From contig NIVC01002296.1 in assembly GCA_002269645.1 (NCBI GenBank), positions 122,051-186,050 on the forward strand: 64,000 nt of DNA. The letters run 5' to 3'. The notes beneath the pieces were generated by a model, which saw nothing but the letters and a program-made list of their open reading frames with translations, was not told the origin of the DNA and did not search any database. This stretch comes from Macrostomum lignano (Eukaryota). Below are positions 1 through 11,445 of this stretch, one piece after another (within the stretch, counting starts at the first letter, position 1; the number at the start of each line of letters is the position of its first letter). The position numbers were made by a program, and so were the translations under genes.

Positions 1-89
1 TAAAGCCCTTGAAGACAGCCAACCTTGAGATTGGCTGCCCCCGACATTGCGCAGTCTCTCAACCCGTTCCTCCAATCGGCCGTCCCCAG

Positions 90-3000
90 GGCCACTGTCA
101 CCCGAAGATCGTGGCGGCCCTGACCGAGCAGGCCTCGGTGCTGGCGCTTTGCAGCCGGGCCTTCTACAGCTCGCTGCTGGGCGAATACGAGGAATTCGTC
201 ACGAAGCTGTTCGGCTACGACAAGCTGCTGCCGATGAACACCGGCGTGGAGGCCTGCGACAGCGCCGTGAAATTCGCCCGCCGCTGGGCCTACACGGTGA
301 AGGGCGTGCCGGAGAACCGCGCCAAGGTGATCTTCGCCAGCGACAACTTCTGGGGCCGCAGCCTCGGCGCCATCTCGGCCTCCACCGACCCCTCCAGCTT
401 CAAAAACTTCGGGCCTTTCATGCCGGGCTTTGAGATCATTCCATACGACGATTTGCCGGTGAGTGAGTCAATGCCCTGGGAGATTTTCGGTTAGTAGAAA
501 TTATATGGAAATCCCAGATCGTATCGTTACCTATGTAGGGAATTCCCAATTTAATTTGTGTCAAAGGGTTCAAATCGACAACTATATATGGAAATCCCAA
601 TTTAAAGTTGTCAAGGAAAATCATAAGTTCTTTAGTTGTTAAGGGAATCCCAACCGACTGGGGAATCCCAATTCGATAGCTATCAAGGGAAATCCCAAAT
701 CCATTGCTGTCAAGGTGAATCCCAATTCGATGGTCATAAGGTGAATCCCACCAATTCGATTTTTTTCAAAGGGATAGCTGTCTAGGGAAATCCCCTGTTT
801 GTAGCTGTTAAAGGGAATCCCCAGTTTGTAGCTGTCAAAGGGAATCCCCAGTTTGTAGCTGTCAATGGAAATCCCCAGTTTGTAGCTGTTAAAGGGAATC
901 CCCAGTTTGTAGCTGTCAATGGAAATCCCCAGTTTGTAGCTGTCAATGGAAATCCCCAGTTTGTAGCTGTCAATGGAAATCCCCAGTTTGTAGCTGTCAA
1001 TGGAAATCCCCAGTTTGTAGCTGTCAATGGAAATCCCCAGTTTGTAGCTGTCAATGGAAATCCCCAGTTTGTAGCTGTCAATGGAAATCCCCAGTTTGTA
1101 GCTGTCAATGGAAATCCCCAGTTTGTAGCTGTCAATGGAAATCCCCAGTTTGTAGCTGTCAATGGAAATCCCCAGTTTGTAGCTGTCAATGGAAATCCCC
1201 AGTTTGTAGCTGTCAATGGAAATCCCCAGTTTGTAGCTGTCAATGGAAATCCCCAGTTTGTAGCTGTCAAGGGTATTCCAAGTCAAAAGTCGTAAGGAAA
1301 TTAATTCATAGCAAAAATCTCCTTAAATTCTCTTCCCACACCACAGGCTCTTGAGAAGGCACTGCAGGACCCCAACGTGGCGGCCTTCATGGTTGAGCCC
1401 ATCCAGGGTGAGGCCGGCGTCGTGGTGCCCAAGGATGGCTTTCTGCGCGGAGCCCGCGAGCTGTGCACCCGCCACCGGGCGCTGCTCATTTGCGACGAGG
1501 TGCAGACCGGCCTCGCGCGCACTGGCAAGCGGCTCTGCAGCGACCACGAGAAGGTGAGTCGCCGCACTCGGCGATTTGAAATCTCAAAACTCGGACACTC
1601 GGTGGACATAATAAATCCCAAACTCGGACACTTGATTGGCATAATAAATCCCAAACTCGGACACTTGGTGGATATAATAAGTCCCGAACTCGGATACTTG
1701 ATGGGCATTATAAATTCAAAACTCGGTCACTCGGTGGTCATTATAAATCCCAAACTCGGACACTTGATTGGCATAATAAATCCCAAACTCGGACACTTGG
1801 TGGACATAATAAGTCCCGAACTCGGATACTTGATGGGCATTATAAATTCAAAACTCGGTCACTCGGTGGTCATTATAAATCCCAAAACTCGGACACTCGG
1901 TGGTCATTATAAATCCCAAAACTCGGACACTCGGTGGTCATTATAAATCCCAAAACTCGGACACTCGGTGGTCATTATAAATCCCAAACTCGGACACTCT
2001 AGACATTCTAAATTCAAATCTCGGACACTCGGTCATCTTAAATCCCAAAGCTCGGACACGGTAATTAAAAAAACTGGGACACTAGGCTATAATTAATAAC
2101 TTCAATAGTCGGACACTTAGCCATTAAAAATACCCAAAAATCTTAGATAAATCCTCAAACCCACCCCTCGGACAGGTGCGGCCGGATCTGGTGTGCCTGG
2201 GCAAGGCGCTGTCCGGTGGACTGTACCCGGTGTCCGCCCTGCTGGGCGATGACGAGGTGATGCTGACGGTCGGGCCCGGCGAGCACGGCTCCACCTACGG
2301 CGGCAACCCCATGGCTTGCCGGGTCGGCATGGCGGCACTGCAGGTGCTGGAGGAGGAGGGCCTGGCGGAGAACGCGGAGCGGCAGGGCGCGCTGCTCAGG
2401 AAGGAGCTGTCCCGGCTGTCCGGCAAGGTGGTGAAGACCGTGCGCGGCAAGGGCCTGCTGAATGCCATCGTGATCAGTCAGGGTGAGGCTCCCGGCGCTT
2501 CTTGACATCTGTTCCCCATGCTAGGGAGTTTAGGGTTTGGGCTAGGGCTGGGGGCCGCGGCCCAGTCTCGATTCCAAGTGCAGTCAACGTTAATTTGGGG
2601 CTAAATCGGAATCTTGGCTTGGCTCTGCTCGTGCAATGAACGCCCTTGAAGGCCAACCCCCAAGGCACAGTGCCTAACGATAAATATAGCTAGGGCCATA
2701 ATAGGGCACAGCTTGAAAGGACTTTAGCGTTGCTGTTTCATAAATATGTTGGCGGCCTCTCAGTGGGTGAGCAGGATGGGGAGGGCTCTGCAAGCTGCAG
2801 CCTGTGCTGAGGCTCCTGGGACTTCCGAGCCTCCTCTCACCTGAGCACGCGGGGGGCGCGTGATTCTCGGAAGCGGAGCCCACACCCCCGCCTTTGTCTG
2901 GCTGCTGGCCCTGTTGAAGCTCACTTGCAGTTTGCACCGTTTGTTATCTGCCCTCATCTCCCCTCTCTTGTCTCCCCTCTCTTGTCTCCCCTCTCTTGTC

Positions 3001-3945
3001 TCCCCTCTCTTGTCTCCCCTCTCTTGTCTCCCCTCTCTTGTCTCCCCTCTCTTGTCTCCCCTCTCTTGTCTCCCCTCTCTTGTCTCCCCTCTCTTGTCTC
3101 CCCTCTCTTGTCTCCCCTCTCTTGTCTCCCCTCTCTTGTCTCCCCTCTCTTGTCTCCCCTCTCTTGTCTCCCCTCTCTTGTCTCCCCTCTCTTGTCTCCC
3201 CTCTCTTGTCTCCCCTCTCTTGTCTCCCCTCTCTTGTCTCCCCTCTCTTGTCTCCCCTCTCTTGTCTCCCCTCTCTTATCTCCTCTCTCTTGTCTCCCCT
3301 CTCTTGTCTCCCCTCTCTTGTCTCCCCTCTCTTGTCTCCCCTCTCTTGTCTCCCCTCTCTTGTCTCCCCTCTCTTATCTCCTCTCTCTTGTCTCCCCTCT
3401 CTTGTCTCCTCTCTCTTGTCTCCCCTCTCTTGTCTCCCCTCTCTTGTCTCCCCTCTGTCATCTCCCCCTGTCATCTCACCTCTCTTGTCTCCCCTCTCCC
3501 CTCTCTTTTCTCCCTCTCTCATCTGCCCTCTCATCTCCCCTCTCTCATCTCCCCTCTCCTGTCTCCCCCCTCTCATCTCCCCTTTTTTGTCTCCCCTCTC
3601 GTCTCCCCTCTCGTCTCCCCTCTCTTATCTCCCTCTCTTATCTCCCTCTCTTATCTCCCTCTCATCTCGCATCTCATCTCCCCTCTGTATCCCCGACCCC
3701 TTGTTTAGTACTACTCGAAGCCAGAAAGGCCGAATCTCACCTGCTCAAGCCTGGATTCCCCCTCCCCCTTAATCTCAGAGTTCGATGCCTGGGAGGTGTG
3801 CCTGAAGCTGGCGGAGGCCGGCCTGCTGGCCAAGCCAACCCACGGCGACATCATCCGCCTGGCGCCGCCGCTGGTCATCAACGAGGCGCAGATTAACAAA
3901 TGCGTGGAAATAATTTCCGGTGTTATTGACGGGCTGGTCAAATAA
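90..3945 (+). CDS. OAT: Ornithine aminotransferase (class III PLP aminotransferase), 5'-partial; exons 90-458, 1347-1553, 2176-2482, 3779-3945
   Basis: Motifs [44 protein letters not shown]-lysine [24 protein letters not shown]. All introns GT-AG with matching phases (0,0,1); stop TAA at 3943-3945. Confidence 0.97.
780..1270. repeat. 27-bp minisatellite (GGAAATCCCCAGTTTGTAGCTGTCAAT), ~17 copies, in the first OAT intron shown
   Basis: Direct reading; degenerate copies extend to about 540 on the left. Confidence 0.95.
1575..2115. repeat. ~33-bp degenerate minisatellite (ATAAATCCCAAAACTCGGACAC...) with a 132-bp higher-order duplication, second OAT intron shown
   Basis: Direct reading; the 44-aa period in ORF 1377-1946 reflects the 132-bp block. 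Confidence 0.9.
2950..3680. repeat. 14-bp pyrimidine-rich minisatellite (CTCTTGTCTCCCCT), third OAT intron shown
   Basis: Direct reading; degenerates rightwards. Confidence 0.95.
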
Positions 3946-4825
3946 GCCGCTCGCGAACCAAATCAAGGACTTCCTTCTGACTCTGCGATTCTCTTGTCCA
4001 TGACAAATAATCACTTTTTAGATTGACAAACCAACGTTCAATGCCAGCGTTACTACTAGCCTACTGTCAGTAGGGAGTTGCCAATTTTCTTCCCTATTTT
4101 TGTCTGCGTTACAAGCAAACCGGATGGGCAATATGGTCGTTTTGTTCTTTTCCGCCTCCTTGATTCCCCTTTAAAAATACCCCCGTAGCGAAATACCCCC
4201 TCGGAATTCCTTTGCGCATCTTTCAATTCTCGAGGAACAAATCAGGCTGGTTGTAATTGTAGGACACCCGAACCTCTCCGACTTCTGTGCACCTTTTTAT
4301 CATTTGGAACAAACTTTTGTCTCATTTTTATCTTCTTTTATGCACATGACATCTATTTTGTGGTAGGGTGATGAGACAGCAGTGCTCGAACAATTTTCTT
4401 CTGCTCTGGTTGCTAGTCTCGCTCGGGTTCGGCTGTTTTCCTTTGTTCGTCTTTTCAATAGCAACTCTTTTTCAATTATTATATACGCTTGTACTCCGGC
4501 TTCTACTTGTAGTAGTCAGCTCGAACTCTTTGACTATTTATTACAGCAATGAAATAAACACAAAATGAACAAATTGTACCTGTAGTGTGGGTTGCGCAGT
4601 GACCCAATTATTTTATCCTTTTCTTCAGGTTTTTGTCCTAAGGAACATGGCAACAAGGCTAAACTGCTGACTTTTTAGCTTCTCAAACGTCTCCTGTTGT
4701 TGAAGAGAGGGTAGCTAGGAAGAGACAGCGAATGAGAACTCAGAATTCGGTTCGGGGTCATCATTTTGCGAGTTCGACTTGACTCTCAAGTTTTCACCAT
4801 GGCACGAATGCACTCTCAGGTCTTC

Positions 4826-7365
4826 TTAGCCACGGACAAAGAACTTCCCGCCCTGAATGCTGACCAGCTGCTGCGGCAGAGCCGGCAATTTCAGCAGGTA
4901 GCAGGTGCCCAGGTGGAACAGGACAGCCTGGCAGCTGGACCGGCATAGCGACAGGCACTGAACGGGGCTTTTGGTTGGCTGCACAGTGCGGTAGAACGGC
5001 CCGCCGGAGGAGGTGGCGTTCATGTGGACGCGGGGAGCTGTGACAAACTTGTTGCCGACTGCAATGAGCAAAACGTAGCGCATCTGAACTCAGCCAAGCA
5101 CCAGAGCTAGAGTGAGCATTGCTATGGATAGTCCGAGAGCTGGGTTATAAATACTTAGCATTCACTAAACAATGGAATGTTAGTCGATTAATAATGCGGT
5201 GTTCGAAAAGTAAATAGCCCCCCATGGTAAATTGTATTTGGTAGATTTAGATTTGGATTGCCCATTCTGCCTTCCTTGTTGTTGTCGACGGCGAGCTCTC
5301 CTCAATCTCTCGCTGAGCGTCCGCTTCTATCAGTGTCTGGAATCGTCCGTTATTTTTACTGGAGCGCGCCAATTGTGACTCATTTTCTGTTTGCATCAGA
5401 AAGTCCAGTAGATTTGCTCAGAGCTGCGTGAGAGTTGGGATCACCTGGCTGAGCTACACTTAGGTTCAAGTATAAGATACCCCCCTGAGATTTGGGATCA
5501 CCTGGCTGAGCCACACTTAGGTTCAAGTATAAGCTAACACCCCCCCCCCTGAGATTTGGGATCACCTGGCTGAGCCACACTTAGGTTCAAGTATAAGCTA
5601 ACACCCCCCCCCCTGAGATTTGGGATCACCTGGCTGAGCCACACTTAGGTTCAAGTATAAGATAACACCCCCCTGAGATTTGGGATCACCTGGCTGAGCC
5701 ACACTTAGGTTCAAGTATAAGATAACACCCCCTGAGATTTGGGATCACCTGGCTGAGCCACACTTAGGTTCAAGTATAAGATAACACCCCCCTGAGATTT
5801 GGGATCACCTGGCTGAGCCACACTTAGGTTCAAGTATAAGATAACACCCCCCTGAGATTTGGGATCACCTGGCTGAGCCACACTTAGGTTCAAGTATAAG
5901 ATAACACCCCCCTGAGATTTGGGATCACCTGGCTGAGCCACACTTAGGTTCAAGTAAAAGATAACCCCCCCCCTGAGATTTGGGATCACCTGGCTGAGCC
6001 ACACTTAGGTTCAAGTATAAGATAACACCCCCCTGAGATTTGGGATCACCTGGCTGAGCCACACTTAGGTTCAAGTATAAGATAACACCCCCCTGAGATT
6101 TGGGATCACCTGGCTGAGCCACACTTAGGTTCAAGTAAAAGATAACCCCCCCCCTGAGATTTGGGATCACCTGGCTGAGCCACACTTAGGTTCAAGTATA
6201 AGATAACACCCCCCTGAGATTTGGGATCACCTGGCTGAGCCACACTTAGGTTCAAGTAAAAGATAACACCCCCCCCTGAGATTTGGGATCACCTGGCTGA
6301 GCCACACTTAGGTTCAAGTATAAGATAACACCCCCCCCCTGAGATTTGGGATCACCTGGCTGAGCCACACTTAGGTTCAAGTATAAGATAACACCCCCCC
6401 CCCTGAGATTTGGGATCACCTGGCTGAGCCACACTTAGGTTCAAGTAAAAGATAACACCCCCCCCCCCCCAGATTTGTTTCTATGGCGTATAGAATGGCT
6501 GAGGATGCGCTTCTAGGCCGAGGTGAAGCCTTACCTCTGAGTCTGAATAATCTATCATTATGCCTAATTACAGGTAGGCCACAAACGCCTCGGCCTAGAA
6601 ACGCATCCTCAGCCATTCTATACGCCATAGAAACAAATCTGGGGGGGGGGGTTATCTCATACTTACTTCTTTTTTTGATGTTGTCGGCAATAATTTTATT
6701 TATCGAGCTACTGAAATGAGCTAGGGAGAAGGAACTTGACAAGCTGATCCCCCAATTTGACCGAGTTGTTGTGTGCGGCGGAGGCTACGTTACCATTTCT
6801 TAAGTTTCGCGTAGCATGCGTGACAGTTTGATGTTCAGCTGCCATATGGATAAGTTTGCTTTTTATATCTGCTGCGGAAGGGCGTTTTCTAATCGGGGGG
6901 GGGGGGCTCATTACTTTTGAAGCACCCCCTTGTTAAAAATTGAAAACAAAGCCAAGAAAGCTCACTGGGACGGTGGTTAAACTGCTGGTAAACCGAATTT
7001 CGGTTTCCCGAGCCGCAGATCTGGCCAGCGTTGCCAGCGCAGTTCATGTTGCAGTCGCTTGCGGGAGCACCGCCCTGACTGCCGTACGAGTTTCCGCAGA
7101 AGCACTCGCTGCTGTACTGCGTGCCGAAGTACTTGAAGTTGCCCAGCTCGCAGATCTGGCTGCACAGCTGCAGCGTCATGTAGGCCCTGTTGACACATTT
7201 TTCAACTGTGTTCACCGCGTAAGGCCCGATGGAGGACATGCCGGTCAGTCCGTCGAGGTCCCTGGCATCATCTGTGTTGTCCCTGTAGCAGCCGACAAAG
7301 CCGAACTCAGCAGCCAAGCAGAGCCGAGCGCACAGCAGCATCAGCAGAGGGCTTGCGAGGTACAT
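4826..7365 (-). CDS. Secreted WSC-domain + PAN/apple-like protein, copy 1 (~210 aa); exons 7365-6966 and 5058-4826
   Basis: Signal peptide MYLASPLLMLLCARLCLA. WSC pattern FVGCYRD...CSQICELGNFKYFGTQYSSECFCGN...CNMNCAGNAGQICGSG. Donor CCCA|GTGAG and acceptor TTTTGCTCATTGCAG, both phase 1. Exon 2 has a C-x3-C-x3-C...F...CYL pattern. Confidence 0.85.
5440..6470. repeat. ~60-bp minisatellite with variable poly-C, ~17 copies, in the intron of WSC-PAN copy 1
   Basis: Unit CTGAGATTTGGGATCACCTGGCTGAGCCACACTTAGGTTCAAGTATAAGATAACACCCCC. Confidence 0.95.
6443..6664. mobile_element. Foldback/MITE-like hairpin: core arms 6471-6523 and 6588-6640 (52/53 identical), extended by poly-C/poly-G and GATAAC/GTTATC
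   Basis: Inverted repeat read directly; no TSD found, so the MITE call is inference. Confidence 0.55.
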
Positions 7366-8149
7366 TTTCAGACTGTTTTGGGTGGCGAACTGCCGCTCAA
7401 AGTCTCAGATGGGATAGGCAGAGTGGAGCTGTTGTGGCTGCTGTCGCACGGTTGATGCATTTTCAACTCACAGCTCTGGAAAAACGAGTCTCCAAGCGTT
7501 AAGCTCGGCGTGAGGCTGGGATTGGCAGTATAGGAGGCAGCTCAGCGTCTGCATTCGCTTGCATGCCACAGAAGACTGCGCTGCGCTTTCACGGCAAGTT
7601 TTCACGCATGAGCAGCCGATGAATCATAGACTTGCGCTCGTAAAATACTGTTTTTTGGCTGTTTTGGTATGAAAAACTGAAATACGAGGTGCAACCAAAA
7701 AGTAGCGATATTTTGGCTATAGATTTTATAATGCATGCCTAAAATCGAACAAGCTTAAAGTCATTGGAAAGCTAAAAATTCCCTTTCATTTGACTGCAAA
7801 CTTTTTGTGTTCGCAGTATGATCGTATATTTTATTTTCACAAGTGTTGCCTATACCTATTTCGCCTATGGTGGCCCACGGAGCTACAAAAAGAGTTGCAT
7901 ATCAAAGAGGGTCCCCAGCAGCACTTCTGTGCTGTGCATGACCCCGAAATCAAACCTGGCTTGCAGGGATGCAAGCGGCTGAGGCTGCGCCATGGAGTCG
8001 CCCTCCCTGAATGCCCTTAAGCCGCTCAGTGAAATATTTGCGCTGAGCTTCCTTCTGGGCTTCCATACCTGACGGGAAATAACTGTCCTAGAAAAATCTG
8101 CAGTTCTATCAACCGTGCCACAACAATAGAAGTTACTGTTGTATCATGA

Positions 8150-9352
8150 CGCAACACTTGCAAACATTGCGAAGGGTTAAAGAGTGGGGATCAGTCGATC
8201 AGGTGGTACCGTGCGGAGCAGGAGCAGAAGAAGCAGGAGCAGGAAGCAGAAGCAGGAGCAGGTGCACAAGCAAAAGCAGAAGCAGAAGCAGAAGCAGAAG
8301 TAGAAGCAGGAGCAGAAGCAGGAGCAGGTGCAGGAGCAGGTGCAGAAGCAGAAGCAGGAGCAGGAGCAGAAGCAGGAGCAAAAGCAGAAGCAGGAGCAGA
8401 AGTAGAAGCAGAAGCAGAAGCAGGAGCAGAAGCAGGAGCAGAAGCAGGAGCAGAAGCAGGAGCAGAAGCAGAAGCAGGAGCAGAAGTAGAAGCAGGAGCA
8501 GAAGCAGGAGCAGAAGCAGAAGTAGAAGCAGGTACAGGAGCAGGTGCAGGAGCAGGAGCAGAAGTAGAAGCAGGAGCAGAAGCAGGAGCAGAAGCAGAAG
8601 TAGAAGCAGGTACAGGAGCAGGTGCAGGAGCAGGTGCAGGAGCAAGAGCAGGAGCAGGAGCAGAAGCAGGAGCAGGAGCAGAAGCAGGAGTAGAAGCAGG
8701 AGCAGAAGCAGGAGCAGAAGCAGAAGTAGAAGCAGGTACAGGAGCAGGTGCAGGAGCAGGTGCAGGAGCAGGAGCAGGTGCAGGTGCAGGAGCAGGAGCA
8801 GAAGCGGGAGCAGAAGCGGGAGCAGAAGCGGGAGCAGGAGCAGGAGCAGAAGCAGGTGCAGGAGCAGGAGCAGAAGCGGGAGCAGAAGCAGGAGCAGAAG
8901 CAGAAGCAGAAGCAGAAACGGGAGCAGAAGCGGGAGCAGAAGCGGGAGCAGGAGCAGGAGCAGAAGCGGGAGCAGAAGCAGGTGCAGGAGCAGGAGCAGA
9001 AGCGGGAGCAGAAGCAGGCGCAGGAGCAGGAGCAGAAGCGGGAGCAGAAGCAGGAGCAGAAGCAGAAGCAGAAGCGGGAGCAGAAGCGGGAGCAGAAGCG
9101 GGAGCAGAAGCAGAAGCAGAAGCGGGAGCAGAAGCGGGAGCAGAAGCGGGAGCAGAAGCGGGAGCAGAAGCGGGAGCAGAAGCAGGAGCAGGAGGCGCGG
9201 CGCCTGCTGAAGGAGAAGCGGATAAAAGCGGCTTGCGAGGATTTCCTGCGGCTGCAATTCGAAGTTCGCAGACAAGACTCGAAGAGTACCGGATGCAGAT
9301 GGCCTGCAGACAGCTCCCATTGATTGACGGCGACGTCTCCGATGAGGAATAG
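8150..9352 (+). CDS. Possible terminal exon of an unknown gene, expanded by the hexamer array (WYRAEQEQKKQEQ-[AE/AG repeats]-...RLEEYRMQMACRQLPLIDGDVSDEE*)
   Basis: Stop-free frame 8150-9352 with no ATG at its start (absent from the ORF track); protein-like unique flanks; no homology recognised. Confidence 0.3.
   Translation, partial: RNTCKHCEGLKSGDQSIRWYRAEQEQKKQEQEAEAGAGAQAKAEAEAEAEVEAGAEAGAGAGAGAEAEAGAGAEAGAKAEAGAEVEAEAEAGAEAGAEAGAEAGAEAEAGAEVEAGAEAGAEAEVEAGTGAGAGAGAEVEAGAEAGAEAEVEAGTGAGAGAGAGARAGAGAEAGAGAEAGVEAGAEAGAEAEVEAGTGAGAGAGAGAGAGAGAGAGAEAGAEAGAEAGAGAGAEAGAGAGAEAGAEAGAEAEAEAETGAEAGAEAGAGAGAEAGAEAGAGAGAEAGAEAGAGAGAEAGAEAGAEAEAEAGAEAGAEAGAEAEAEAGAEAGAEAGAEAGAEAGAEAGAGGAAPAEGEADKSGLRGFPAAAIRSSQTRLEEYRMQMACRQLPLIDGDVSDEE
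8215..9195. repeat. GCAG(G/A)A hexamer-based array
   Basis: Direct reading; source of the RS-, PA- and poly-L ORFs. Confidence 0.95.
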
Positions 9353-10853
9353 CAGCGATGATGGCGGATTCCCGGTGAGTGAGGTGGCATTTTGTATGGG
9401 CGGAGACTGGGACTTCTTGATTGATGGCTGCAGTTTGACAGTTCAATTCTTAAAAAGTCTTACAGCACAACAAAACAAAAAACAATTTCTTTCAATGACT
9501 GCAAACCAGGCACTAAAATTCCAACGATATGTAATAAATGACTCAATTTTTATCACTGATCCATTATTCAATTATAAGTAGTGATAGCAGTGCTCCTTCG
9601 TGTCTTCGATTCCCTTTTTCTACCCCCATACACCACAGCACAGAAACTGCTGCACACATCAGCTTTAGTTTTCCCGGTAAACACCTGGCAGCACACCAAG
9701 AATGAATTCAGGAAGCTGCCGACTGAAAGAAGGTACGGATTTGTTTAAATATGCACTTCGAGGCTATTACTGATTAATGGCGGGCCCAGGATTTTTGTTT
9801 TTTTTGGGGGGAGGCGATAGAGAAAACTAACGATTGAATTATGAGATATTTAATTGGAGTTAAATTGAATCTAAGATAAGCCAGTAAGTGGGCGCAGGGC
9901 CCAAACAAGTATATTTATACCAGACATTAACTTAGGGGGTTTGAATTGCAGATAATAAAGCTGAGAGGGGTGGAGTGCGCGACTAAATAGAGAGGCGAGA
10001 ATGGAGAACCAATCAGAAGGCAGCAAGGGAGAGAGAGATAAGAATAACAAGATTGAGCTGGACAGAGAAGAGAAAACAGAGTAAACAGAGACAAGTGAAG
10101 GTGAACTAAAGAAATGACTAGGAAAGTCGCGACAGTTTGCAAGGGCGCCATCCAGTGCTAAGGGGGCGCCAGGGCTGTAACTATATAGCACTAGCAAAGG
10201 GACACGGGAAAGTGGAAAGCATTAGCAAGCTATTTACTCCTACCTTGGAGGTGGTACATTGTTACCATGCTGCAATATATTTTCGTGGGGGGTCACTGCC
10301 CCCGGCCACCTTGGGCCCGCCTGTTATTATTGATTCAGCGAAGAGCCGCACCGCATCTCTGATGAGCTTCACTATTGCTCCCCTCGCGTCTGCTCCCACC
10401 TGATCCCTGGTGCCCTTTTCTCATCACAATATATTTGGCGCCCTTGCAAATGCCGCTTCAAATGCAGATAAATGCAATTCAATTAATATAACAACATTAA
10501 TTTATTTTTTATCCTTTTGTGCATCCAGTGAAAAAGCCTAACAATGAGCAATTTATGAAAATCCACCAAATCAAAATCCTCCCACTGCGTCCCTGCTAAC
10601 TACTTGTATCAATACTAGGCTAAGCAGGTAATACGCACAATATAATTAGTTTTATGAAAATCTTAGCACATTACTTAGCTCGTACTACTAAATGACCCCG
10701 TAAGGTCCCTTTTGGAGGTGGGTGAGTGTCAACCCTCCTCGCCTCTCATTGGCTGGCGTGCGCGCCGCGCCAAGCGCCATCTAGGCGCCCAAGCCACAGG
10801 CGCACCCTCCCGATATGTACACCCTCCCGAGCCGCAGGCGACCCTCCCGATAT

Positions 10854-11445
10854 ATATAACAACAACAACAACAAGGTACTGCTCCCGCCGGCCACGCAGT
10901 AGCCAGAAAGGGGGGAGCAGTCAGAAAGCGCGTCTGTGGGCCATTGCCTTCAGGAAGTCGCATCCCCCTGCTTGGTCCGGGGCGCCAGCGTCACTCAGAA
11001 GTCGGTCAGGGCATCGCACCGTTCGCCCTTGGCCTCGCCTCCGCGGTCCCTGCAGCTTGAGCAGCAGCACGTCGCGTAGCGGCTCAGGACAGCGGGCCTC
11101 CGACCGGATGACATGGCCAGCCAGTTGAAGTCGCCGCCCGCGCAGCAGGTCAGAAGGCCGCATCAGGCGTGCCCTAGTGTAGAGCGCGGCATTGGTCTCG
11201 CTGCCTGGGCCGCTGCGCACTCCGAAAGCCGCACGCAGCATTGCCGCATGCGCAGCGTCCAGCTGCCTCTCCAAGGCGTCCGTCAGGGTCCAAGTCTCGG
11301 CGTTGTACAACAGGACAGTCTCGACGACTGTCTGAAACAGCCGAGCCTTGAGCCCGTCGTCCAGGGCCTCAGATTGGAGCACGGAGCGCACAGATCAAAA
11401 TGCGGCCCAGGCCAGTCCTCGTCGTCTCTTCAGGTCGTCGGTACC
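10854..11445 (-). mobile_element. 5'-truncated RTE-clade non-LTR retrotransposon fragment (3' end of RT ORF), inactive
   Basis: DDLKRRRGLAWAAF*SVRSVL...KARLFQTVVETVLLYNAETWTLT...RRLQLAGHVIR is typical RTE C-terminal sequence. (TTG)n tail at ~10858-10874; in-frame stop near 11395. Confidence 0.85.

Noticed and set aside
5084-5150. TATA-like motif plus MLTLALVLG-TGA in frame with the PAN exon (selenocysteine or readthrough?)
   Set aside because: It lies inside the intron. The paralog shares only the acceptor TTTTGCTCATTGCAG, and no SECIS was seen.
5440-6470. CRISPR-like regular repeats here and at 26451, 33228 and 57962
   Set aside because: Units are head-to-tail with no unique spacers, there are no cas genes, and the context is eukaryotic introns.
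8146-9446. RS-domain splicing factor, poly-Leu or PA-repeat proteins
   Set aside because: Alternative frames of the GCAGGA array; no RRM or other domain.
10355-10395. Hammerhead ribozyme cores (CTGATGA here; CTGAAGA ~16255; CTGATGA ~48705)
   Set aside because: None is followed by a stem II plus GAAA arrangement.
9779-10450. Short inverted repeats (GGCGGGCCCAGG 9779/10310; TTTGCAAGGGCGCCA 10136/10436) suggesting MITEs
   Set aside because: The two pairs overlap rather than nest and no TSD was found; insufficient support.
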